Below, piece after piece: positions 12,169 to 22,825 of a DNA stretch of 64,000 bases; the first letter of the stretch is position 1, and every line of letters begins with the position of its first letter. Below the pieces are notes generated by a model. The model searched no databases. It saw only the letters and a list, made by a program, of their open reading frames with translations, and was not told where the DNA came from. The translations under genes and the position numbers were made by a program. This stretch comes from Glaucostegus cemiculus (lineage: Eukaryota): positions 33,108,001-33,172,000 of the forward strand of contig CDPCPM010000056.1 in assembly GCA_976551045.1 (NCBI GenBank), given 5' to 3'.

Positions 12169-13234
12169 TTTTAATGTTTTAAAACCATTATAGTTGCTGT
12201 AAATAATTTTAAATAATTAACTTTCCTTAAAATATGAAATAAATTATTAAAACATAATAAATAATGAAAACATAAATAAGTGAATTTAACTTTTCCTCCT
12301 CATCTCCAGGCTGGGGACCCATTCAAAGGAAATGGGGTTCTGATCCTATGCCATTGGGGCAGATTTCTCAGCCTGCCCCTGGGGAATCCCAACACATTGG
12401 GCTTCACTGCTGGCCTCCATGTCCAGAGACAGAGCAGAGTGATAAGTACATGAACATCTGTCACTTTACTCATTGTGAATTTGTGATGAGGCCATGTAAT
12501 CTCAGAACACACTTACCTTCAAGCAGCTGAATGCAATCAGTTCCCTTAAGAATCATCGGCTAGTCAGTTTGATTCAGCCCAGTGTTGCTATGAAGTGGAA
12601 CCAGGAAACGGGAGTAACTCCTTGAGGAAATGGAAAAGTGGATTCACTCTCTGACATTGTACACAGACGTGAAAAGCAGTCTTATCTTGACTGCAAAATG
12701 GTCCTAGGGCCCATCAGAAAGTTTAGCTAAAAATATGAGGCAGTTTCATAACTAGCAGACTAGAACTCAGAACCTCTGGATGATTAGCCCAGTGACATAA
12801 CTACAACTTGACAGGACTCTGGGACACTACATGGCAATGTAAATGAATACAAAGGTTTTTTTTAAGCTAATGACTTCAAAATAATTATTTCTGGGCTAAA
12901 CCTTGAAGCAAATGAAGAAGAAAATAGAGACTGGCAGTTTAAAAGAAATCAAGAGTTTCACAAATATAGCAGATTCTTTAAAAGAAGGATTCTATCAAAC
13001 GTCCCCCCACACCTAACATTTTTCCAGTCCAAGCTACATCATGCATCCACCTGGAAAATAGCAAGCCATGTGCTCTGTGACAAGTTTCTGCAATCTTAAT
13101 GCTGAACTCATGCCTATCATAATGTTTGTTGCTTTGTCTGATACTAGCCAAAAGAAGGCATGAGAGGGAGATCAGTAAGCAGGATTACTTGCCAGGATGC
13201 TAGCAGCCATATCTGCAGGCCACATACCTGACCA

Positions 13235-13463
13235 GTAGTGGTCTCAGGAAGCTGGTGATGCAGGATCTGAGTCAGTTTTTGCTGATGTGCAGGACTGGCC
13301 TCAGCCAAACCCACAGCACCACTGGCAATGTCAGTGGCATTTAAGGTCACTGGCACAATCAGTTTGTTATGTTCCTATCAGCTTCCAATGTATCATTAGA
13401 AACAGCTATAAGATTCACTAACATGTCACTCACAGACAGCAGAAGCAAATGACTGAGGCTTTG
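13235..13463 (+). pseudogene. PIF/Harbinger (HARBI1-like) transposase fossil
   Basis: Across a frameshift it reads LAMSVAFKVTGTISLL / SFQCIIRNSYKIH*HVTHRQQKQMTEAL. This resembles the HARBI1-type HTH segment as I recall it (ALPVAVKVTxALNFxAxGSFQ...ISQSxxHRCIRQVTDAL). Confidence 0.6.
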
Positions 13464-14330
13464 GACAACGTAATCCAGCCTTCTAGTCCCTTTCTTAATG
13501 ACTAAGAGCAATGCAGACCTGCCCCATGACACCATGTGACTACATTTCCCAAGCTAAGGTGAGCCCTTGACTGCAGTCAGTGAATTCTTTACCCCAGTCG
13601 TTGAAACTCCAAACTTGTGAGTTACTTCAGGCTCTTTCCTCTCCACTGGCTGTGTTCCTTGGAGTCTGTATAATTGTGTTGATGGTTGTGTTGGTGGTTT
13701 ATAAACACGCAAGATAGACTGTCTATAGGGTGTTTTCTTATTTTGCTATTCCAGCTCCATGGTATTAAAGTGGTGACAAATGTTGGGTTAAATGACAATC
13801 AACTGGGCTGTCATCTGACGATCATTCCTCCCCTACTCCCTCCCACCACACCCCTCCCTCCCAGGCTCCCGTAGCACCCATAGTAACCCCACTGCATGTG
13901 TGGTCAGAATGTCCTTGGTCTCCTGATCCCAGAGTCAAGGTGTAGCAAGGCCTCAGCGGGGACAAGATTTCAGCTAATGTACACTAAGTCCCCACCCCAG
14001 AACACTCTGGCAGTCCATAAAAGGAGGCAAGGCTGGGAATGAGACTCACCTCCTGAAATCATTGTCAAGACTTAATAAGAGATTTTAAATGTGAACTCCA
14101 CAGCCAGTTAAACATGAGCAATTACATTGCATATCCCAAAAGAAACCTTCAAATGCAGGATGTATTACAAAATAATAACTTTAAGCTATTCTTTTGCTTG
14201 TATATGTCTATTACCATAAGTAATGAAGCCAAAATCTAGTGTGGCTGAAGCCTTATTCCCTTGTTGTTTTATAAATAAGGCCTAATTAGATTAGCTTTAT
14301 CAATTGGAATCAAAGCTCTGTCATTTCTAA

Positions 14331-14430
14331 AACAAAAACATAAAATGCCTAAAAAACTCAGCAAATCACGAAGCATCTGGGGAAAGAGGAATAGTCAATG
14401 TTTTGGGTCTGTGATCCATTATCAGAACTG
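14331..14430 (-). mobile_element. Short Penelope-terminus element with a decayed hammerhead
   Basis: Minus strand reads CAGTT-CTGATAA-TGGATC-aca-GACCC-AAAA-CAT-T-GACTA followed by the family tail. Confidence 0.7.
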
Positions 14431-16574
14431 TAATTCCTAAAACTCCTTCAGTCTCAACCTTTCCTTTTGGGTTAGGTACCATTTTATTGCAGGTGATTCA
14501 TCTGCACAGTGATAGATATGCACTCAAACTTTAAGCCATGCTGAAAGTTATCAGAAGATAATGCAACATATAGTTAATTTGCAATGAAGCAGTGTGCTGT
14601 TCTTTGAAGACGTGAGTTTGTGAAGTTTTTCAAATGTAATTTATAGGTATAATGCAAATTCTCTTGGGTATACCTGATTCAGCCACAATAGGATTGCATG
14701 GTTTGGTACAAGTTTGGTGTGAGCCAATAGTAAGAGAGTAACATGCTATTCAGCAAAAACTTTGTTTCATACAGATGCAGGGTGGAAAGTTGGTTAATGG
14801 TACTTTAGGATGATTCAGAAGGAATTATAAATCATGAAGAAATGGAAATATTTGCATCAAACCAAATGTCTTCCTGTGCCTATGAGAGTATGGAAATTCA
14901 AGGCTCTAAATTATTGATAGCCACTTGAAAAGATTTTCTGCTTCCAATCATCAAAAAATTGCGCTTTCCTTCACCTTCAATCTTTGTTTCCTTCTACATC
15001 TTGCAGATATTTGAAACAATGCTTGCTATTATTGAAGCAGCTTTTGTTCATTTATATCTTTGTTCTCCTTTTAAATCTTGATGGTGCCCTTGAATTACAT
15101 TTTTCAATTCAATAAGTACATTAAGCTCTGCAAATTGGGAATTCAGTACACGGTCTAACTTTTAATGCTTTTTAGAGCATCTATCTGCAGCCATTTTCAC
15201 AATTTTGACTACATTATTTGCTCATTATCACCGTTTGCCAACTTCAGTCCAATGGGCTGCATCATGATTTGGATTCCACTGTATGCTTATGATGAAAATT
15301 CACTAAAAGGTTACTGATTAATAAACAGAAAAGTACTTGTTAGCAGACAAAAGTAGATGCAAAAATTTACAAGGAGTTTTTTGATCAAATAATCAAGCGA
15401 GAATTTGTTCTTCTGAAGGGAGTGTTTTCATGAGGATCTGCTTGGCAAACATTTTTTAGGTAAGCAGTGAAGTCTCTTGTAATTTTTCGTTGTGGTATAA
15501 TGCAGAAATCAGCCTTTGCAGTTTTTCACAGACCCTGGGTGAAGGGCTGCAGTTAACTGCACTAGTTGAAAATAAAACAAATACCTAGATTTATAGTAGT
15601 GGTTAACTGATACCAGGTTTAAATCTTCAACAATACATTGCAACTGGTTTAACCCTTACCAATCTCTGGTCAACACTGAAACCAGGGGAATATGCATTTG
15701 CGACACTTTATGCATTGCATTTGTTGTTTGATGGCTGATCCTAAGTTTATTTATTAGTTTACAGCAAAATGAATAGAGGACAGAAAATCCAGAAATCTGA
15801 CTCCAAGTTTAATTTAAAAATGCAGAGTTAAAATATCATGCATTGATATCAAATACCCACTTTGATTTGGAACATTTGAAACCAAAAATAGTTTAGGTCT
15901 GAAGGATTATGAATCTTTTTCATGTTTGGGATGATAAATCTAATCACATTTTAGACATTTGAAAGGAGGCTCATGAATAAAGAAAACTAGAGCAGTATCT
16001 GTGTGCATACCATTTATAGATTCAAGTGGAACTGGGATTGCCAGGGAGGAGCTAGCACTGAAGTAATCTGATTACATTTCTATTTGTAGCCTTTGAATAT
16101 GTAGTTTATTCCTCATTGGTGTTTTACCAAAGAAAAAAATTGAGTTCAGGATTTTGTTTATCAGCACAACTAAAACACTGCCCAGCTTCTTAACTGAAAG
16201 CTTGAGTGGTGATAAGCGATTGTTCCCCAGGGTACCTGTGATAAAATAATGTGAATCCGTTTAGCGGAGTGTTGATATTTAAGATACAAAGAAGTTTGTT
16301 TCTTTTGCTATAGGTCTTTGTGCTTCTGTGATGGAGCAATTCTTGAGGCAGATCAAGAAGGTTGGCAAGTTCAGTGGTCAGATGATGCCTACATCTCCCA
16401 TAATAACATTGAACATAACAACAAAGCTTCCATTTATACAGCACCTTTAAAGTGGCAACCACATCTCACAATACTTTATCAAATAGAATTTTGTCATTTA
16501 TCAGTTTGAGGTATATCACTCTTCAGTTTGTATGTGTCTCTCTGAGCTTCCAGGATCGATCCTGTCATCTTACA

Positions 16575-17222
16575 AAAGCAAATCTGTGGATGTTGGAAAT
16601 CTGAAACAAGACTGTAAATGCTGGAAATAAAAACAGAAAATGCTGGAGAGGGAGAAACAGGGTTAAAGTTTCAGTTCAATAGCATTAATTCAAAACTGGA
16701 AGTGAGAAAACAAGTGTGTTTTAAGTTAACAGGGGAAGGGACAAAGAGGACAAAGTGAGTGTCAGATTTCTAGCAACTGCTGTGCTCTACATCTCACAAC
16801 TCCAGCATGTTTTTGCTGTTTTTTCCTTCCATCAACTGACCTCATTCATCTCCCTTTGCTCACACTCCAGAGAGATCAGCAATGATTTGCTGGATGCAAT
16901 GCTGTCACCAGGACAACACTGGTCACAGATATTCCCTTTGTTCTCTCCACCCTTCCTCTTCTCTTCGACATAAAACAGGCTTGTTTTCTCATTTTTCCAG
17001 TTCTGATGAAGGCTGTTGACTTGAAACATTGATTTTGCTTCTCTTTCCACAGAAATTGTTTGACCAGCTGAATGTCAACAGCACTTGCTATTTTTATTTC
17101 AGTCTTACAATATCAACAGTTTTTTTTACTTATTGAATGCTGTAAAAAGTCTGGCAATCAGATAACTTCTATGGAGGGGTAAACATAGTTAATGTTTCAG
17201 GTCAATAACCTTTCATCAAAGC
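16575..17222. mobile_element. Cluster of three short hammerhead-bearing Penelope-derived repeats (minus, plus, minus)
   Basis: Plus motif AGTT-CTGATGA-AGGC-tgtt-GACTT-GAAA-CAT-T-GATT at 16999-17034. Minus motif TTGATGA-AAGGTT-att-GACCT-GAAA-CAT-T-AACT at 17187-17219. 16580-16760 is an inverted copy of 16925-17125. Confidence 0.75.
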
Positions 17223-17317
17223 ACTCACACTCTGACTTCCCCATGTTCCAATGAAAGCCAATAGGAGCGTGTAGAACAGTGCCCTCGCTTTCAATTAGGC
17301 ACTTTGCAGCGTTTCAC

Positions 17318-17585
17318 TTAGAACATAGAACATAGATACCTACAGCACAATTCAGGCCCTTCGGCCCACAAAGCTGTGCCGAACATGTCCCCACACTATT
17401 AGGCTTACCCATAACCTTCTATCTTATTTACCTCCATGTACCTTTCCAACAGTCTCTTGAAAGACCCTAACGTATCCGCCTCCACCACCATCTCCGGCAG
17501 CCCATTCCACGCACTCACCACTCTCTGAGTAAAAAACTTACCCCTAACATCTCCCCTATATCTTCCCCCCAGCACCTTAAACCTT
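17318..17585 (-). mobile_element. CR1 (HER1-like) LINE 3' end
   Basis: tagaacatagaacatag...cagcacaattcaggcccttcggcccacaaagctgtgccgaacatgtcc, near-identical to 30131-30200. Confidence 0.88.
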
Positions 17586-17614
17586 ATCAGAGGCTAACAA
17601 TTTGCAAAATGAAA

Positions 17615-17737
17615 ACTAAAAGCTGCTGATGCCAGAAATCTGAAATAAAAACAGAATATGCTGGGGACATTCAACAGGTAAAGCAGCAACTGGAGAGAAA
17701 TAGCTATCATTTAGGCCAGTGATTCTTCAACAGAATT
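17615..17737 (-). mobile_element. Short Penelope-terminus element (decayed)
   Basis: gatgccagaaatctgaaataaaaacagaatatgctgg...caggtaaagcagcaactggagagaaa, the same family tail. Confidence 0.65.
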
Positions 17738-17994
17738 TTGCATTATGACTCTGCTCCCCAATTTATACTACTTCCACAAAAAATGTTTCTTGGTCTGATA
17801 AAAACTCATTGACTTAAAACAACACAGGGCTTTGCAATTGAGACTGACTCTGGCCAATTCCACAATTAGATGTAGTTTCCAACATTACTCATTAATGTTC
17901 TAGATAGTAATCTGTTGTGTGAAACTCTACTCTGTACCATGTTTCCCTTTTTCCTAGCTCTGGGTGCTGAAAGGAATTTAGTAGCCTTTTCTTA

Positions 17995-18250
17995 TTATTT
18001 ATTCAGATAACATAGACATCATTGACAAGGCCAACATTAATCACCCATCTCTGATTGCCATTTGTGTGGTCTTCTTGAACCACTGAAGTTGTGTGGTGAA
18101 AGGTTTCCCACAGTCTTATTAAGGAGAGGCTTCCAGGATTTAGACTCTACAACAATATTGGAACAGTGCAGTCCAAGGTTGTGGTGATGGTGATTCCTGA
18201 TGTCCTTGTCCTTTTAAGTCATGGATTTTGGTACTGTTGCCATGGCCTGA
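17995..18250 (-). mobile_element. CR1/L2-clade LINE 3' fragment
   Basis: gacaaggccaacattaatcacccatctctgattgcc is homologous to 34410-34450 and 58795-58835 in this window. Confidence 0.6.
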
Positions 18251-19654
18251 CAAGGCTGACTCAGCACAGACTAAGATTAATTGCAAGGTTAGTCTTCATT
18301 ATAGATTGGTACATTCAAGGAACATGTTTCCACTAGGCTAATTACAGAATCTTACTACTTTAATAAAAACAGACCTATACAACTTTGGATCTCCGATCAA
18401 TGGTTTTGTTCAGCCTTTTGATTAGTGAGAGGAGAGAGTTATTTCCAGCAAAGGCGTGTACTGAAGCATTAAATGTTTTGCCATCTTGTGGCTAAGAAGG
18501 AATGTGTTTGCATTTTTTAAAGAAAAATTGAATGCACATTTGAAGATGATGTACAGTAGGTACAAGGTTATGGATGCAGGGAAAATAGCAATGGGTAGTT
18601 CTCACAAAGCTGGCAAAAACTTTATTGGCTAAAATGATCATTTTCTGCCCTGTGGAAATCATTCGTTGTTGACACCATCAAAGTATGGCATTCCTTACCA
18701 TGCTCAATTTATCCTTTGTCATTTTCTCTTTCTGTACCCAAAGTCAAGCAATATTTTTCTGAGATGACATTCTCACCAGCTTTTTTTAGATCTTCATAAT
18801 ATCCTTCTTATGAGCCATTATCCTTCAGCTAGATTTATGATTTTTATTTTAAAAATTAACATGTGGTTTGGATCTTATACCAAGCTGTTTTTTTTTAGTG
18901 AGTACTTTACTGCAGAAACAGTGTTTTTCTACTGTGATAACCTCTAGCAGTGACTGGAGGCCAGGGAACAGAAGCATAGCTTTTCAGTCTCATTCACCAT
19001 CTGGTGCTCTGTGCTGAATGGTAAGGACAAGAACTGGATTTAAGTTGCATGTATGCCTGCACTGTTAAAAGGATTGCCAACATTTTCTCTCTACATTTAC
19101 ACTCTTGGGGAGATATGTGGAAGTTAAAAAAGTCTATTATAATGGCTTCAGTTTTACTGTAAATGATAAAGTACAGCTTTTGCTACACACCTGACGTAAA
19201 GCTGCTCACAGACAGTTTGAGGGCTTGTCAGCAGAAATATTTTCTCCTCTCCTCTTATGACTCAAGCTCTAATGTGGCGACCTCAGTAGGGCCTCTGTGA
19301 GGTCTATGAGCAAGGAAGTAAAAGTTAGGATGTTCAGTCAACCAAGTACAAGATTCCTCATTAAAACACATAGAAGGCAGTAAAAAAAAAAAGAAATATA
19401 AGTAACATTTGAATGTTACTTATTCAGTACAGGGAGAAAAATAAAATTGAGGCAGCCACATGAGATTAAGGGAAAGAAATAGAAGAGCAAAACAGGAAAA
19501 CCATAAAAATGAAAAATTTTATTCCTTAAAACTTGTAATCATGATTGAGGCATCTATGAATTTGTATACCAAGCTCCATAAAATTGAGTCTTACCACTTA
19601 CTGCAACTCATAATTGATTCCAATGAAGGTAGTAGCGAAATTATTGGAAAAAGT

Positions 19655-20575
19655 CAGAGGGATAGGATTAACGTACACGTGTAAAGGCAGGGGTTTTCAA
19701 GAATAGTCAGCACAGCTGTGGTGGTAGGAGATTCCATCTGACTAATCTGATAAAGGCACAGTAGTGTAGCGGTTAGTGTAACACTTTACAACACCAGCGA
19801 CCCGGGTTCAGTTCTGGCTGCTGTCCGTAAGGAGTTTGTACGTTCTCCCCATGTCTGCATGAGTTTCTCCCAGGTGCTCTGGTTTCCTCCCACCTTCCAA
19901 AGATGTATGGGTTAGGAAGTTATGGACATGCTATGTTTGTGCCAGAAGCGTGGCGACACTTGTGGGCTGCCTCCAGAACACTCTATGCAAAAGATACATT
20001 TCACTGTATGTTTCAATGTACAGGTGACTAATAAAGATATCTTATCTAATTTGATTGAGTTTTTTGAAGAAGTAGCAAAATATATTGATATGGGCAGTGT
20101 TTATGCTGTAGTATACATGGACTTCAATAAGGTCTTTGGCAAAGTCCCACATGGAAGGCTGCTACAAAAGGTTAGAGCCATGGGATCCAAGACAAGTTGG
20201 TAAATTGGATCCAAAGTTGGCTTGGTAAAAGGAGACAAAGGGTGATAGTGAAGGGTTGCATTTGTAATTGGAAGCCTGTGACCAGCAGTTTGCCACAGGG
20301 ATTGGTGCTAGAGCACTGACGTTTTCTTATATACTTTCAATAACTTGGATATGAACGTAGGAGGTATGATTAGTAAGTTTGCAAAGCAATGTAGTCTTAG
20401 GTTATGGAACGATATTGAAAAGTTAGTAAATTGGGTGGTGGCAGATGGAGTTTAATCTCAATAAGTACAAGGTGATGCATTTTGGGAGACAGATAAAACA
20501 GTAAAAAGGTATACGAGATGCTGACCTTCATTAAACTGGGGCATAGAATGGTGCCTATGGTGCAACTTCATGCAA
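19655..20575 (+). mobile_element. CR1 LINE RT fragment hosting nested insertions
   Basis: Peptide NLIEFFEEVAKYIDMGSVYAVVYMDFNKVFGKVPHGRLLQKVRA, the CR1 YMDFxKAFDKVPH motif. Confidence 0.85.
19755..20046 (+). mobile_element. Full-length V-SINE with tRNA-derived head and target-site duplication
   Basis: A/B-box head ggcacagtagtgtagcggttag...cccgggttcagttc, V domain ggtgctctggtttcctcccac and tail gtgactaataaagatatcttatct. Flanked by ctaatctgat / ctaatttgat. Confidence 0.85.
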
Positions 20576-20577
20576 AC

Positions 20578-21716
20578 GTAGAGCACAGGAATAGGCACTT
20601 TGGCGCATGATACCTGGGCCAACAATGATGCCAGTTTAAACTAATCCTATCTGCCTGCATGTGGCCTATGTCCCTCTATTCCCTACCTCTTTATGTGCCT
20701 AAGTACCTCTTCACTATTACGATTGTACCTGATTCCACCACCTCCCCATTCAGAGTGTTCTAGGCACCTACGACTCTCAATGTAAAAAAACTTGCCTCAC
20801 AACTCTTCTTTAAACTTCCCCCGCACCTTAAATGTATGTCCTCCCGTATTTGACAGTATTTAACTGGGAGAAAGACCCTATCTACCCTATCTATGCCTCT
20901 CATAATGTTATATATTTCTGTCAGGTCTCCCCTCAGCCTCCGATGCTCCAGAGAAAACAATCCAACTTTATCCCACCTCTCCTTATAGCTAATGCTCTCT
21001 AATCCAGGCAACATCCTGGTGAACCTCTTTTCCACCCTCTCCAAAGCCTCCACATACTTCCTGTAATGCAGGGATCAGATCTGCACACAAAACCATACAG
21101 CTGCAACGTGGCTTCCCACCTTTTATACTCAACACCCTAACTGATGAAGGCAAGTATGTTGCATGCCTTCTCATCACCCTGTCTACTTGTTTTACCTCTA
21201 TCAGGGAGCTATGGACTTGCACCCCAAGATCCTTCTGTACATCAGTGCTCCTCAGGGTACTGCCAGTTTCTGTATACTTCCCTCTTACATTTGATTTCCC
21301 AAAGTGCAACACCTTACACTTATCTGAATTAAACTCAATCTGCCATTTCTCTGCCCACATTTCCAACTGATCTATATCCTGTTGAATCCTTTGACAACCT
21401 TCCTCACTATGCATAACTCTGCCAATTTTCATGTCATCTGCAAACTTACTAATCTGCTCACCTACATCTTCATCCAAATCATTAATGTGTGTATATATAT
21501 CACTGGTCACAGACCTCCAGTCAGAAAACACCCCTTCACCATTACCCTTTGTCTTCTATGGCCAAGCCAGTTTTGAATCCAATCTATCAAGTTTCCATGG
21601 ATCCATGTGCCTTAAATCTTCTGGATCAGCCTACCATGAGGAACCTTATTGAAAGATTTACTAAAGTCTGTGTATAGAATGTTTACTGCCCTACCCCTAG
21701 TAATCATCTTCATCAC
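20578..21716 (-). mobile_element. CR1 LINE, about 1.1 kb, 5'-truncated
   Basis: ORFs 20989-21531 and 20760-21053 give ISKFADDMKIG, WAEKWQIEFNSDKCKVLHFG and LFSLEHRRLRGDLTEIYNIMRG. Confidence 0.92.
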
Positions 21717-21719
21717 TTA

Positions 21720-22609
21720 GCTTAGAAGGGAGTTGAGAAAAAACATTTTTCACAGAGAGGTAGTTGCAGTTTAGAACACACATCTGAGAAGGTGGTGAAG
21801 AGGAATACTCTGACATATTTAAAAAGTCCCTGGATGAGCAATTGAATCATCAAGGCATAGAAGGCTATGAACCAAGTGCTGGTGTGTGGGATTTATTTAG
21901 ACAGGTACTTGATTGTTGGCGTGAAGGTTGTTACGAACCCAGCAACAAAAGAAGCACACCAAGTCATACTTCAGTGTTAAAACTACTTTATTAATAACTA
22001 CATCCGATAATACGTAAAATAAGAACAAAAAGTTAGTATATTATTACAAAGCAAAATATTAGAATCTTAAACTGTAACCCCAAAAACTACTCGTCGTGTG
22101 TGTGTGGCAAATTCCTAAACTCCAAGTCCAGGAATTAGTTCTTAAAGTTCAGTTCAATAAGCCGTAAGATGAAACACGAATAAAGGCTTCTTCACAAGCA
22201 CCGTCCACCGAAGACAAAACATAGATATAGAGAGAGCTTAGAGAGGAATCACGAAATCTGAATGTTCCACTCAGAACTCAAACGACACTTCAGGGCTTAC
22301 TCAGTAGTGACTTTCTCACCCCGAAAACTCCTGGATCGTGACTGTCCATGCAAATACCTGTGTTCTTCTACAGGTTAGCAGCAAAGCGAATTCCATCACT
22401 TTGTTCCGCAGTATCTGCCACTCTGAAGGTCATCCATAATGTGGTCATCCACGCAAACACCTGTGTTCTTCTACAGGTTACTGACAAAGTGGACTCCACT
22501 GGACTACTCCAGAAATCCATCCATGGATTGTAGTGACAAACACGGTTACTGTCCTTCATCCATCGACAGAAACAAAACAGGGTGCCGTGTCTGCCTCCCG
22601 TCTCTCTCC

Positions 22610-22642
<33 letters not shown>

Positions 22643-22825
22643 CCTTTTTTCTCTTAATGACCTCATCACGTTCGTCTTATCTTCTGTTGGCGTAATACAT
22701 TCTTATAGGCGCACACACACACAAAAAATGTCCGTCTTAAAGGGACATTTGCCAGTAGTAAGCTACTTCGTAACAAGGTGGTGGGCTAAAGTGCCTGGTT
22801 CTCTGCTGTATGGCTCCATAATTCC
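21720..22825 (+). mobile_element. CR1 3' end split by the solo LTR
   Basis: ttttcacagagaggtagtt...ggcatagaaggctatgaaccaagtgctgg...ggcgtgaaggt [LTR] aggtggtgggctaaagtgcctggttctctgctgtatg. Confidence 0.75.
21929..22775 (-). mobile_element. Solo LTR (847 bp), probably Ty3/Gypsy-type
   Basis: Termini TGTTACGAA...TTCGTAACA form a 9-bp inverted repeat with TG..CA ends. 4-bp target duplication AGGT at 21925-21928 and 22776-22779. AATAAA on the minus strand at 21987-21992; CpG retained. Confidence 0.9.

Noticed and set aside
19755-19830. tRNA gene
   Set aside because: The A/B boxes belong to a SINE head that runs into a V domain and tail, with no complete cloverleaf. The same applies to 11672 and 32151.
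22345-22500. CRISPR-like repeat-spacer pattern (also 7252-7342 and 12052-12081)
   Set aside because: There are only 2-3 units, inside an LTR or other TE, in eukaryotic DNA with no cas genes.
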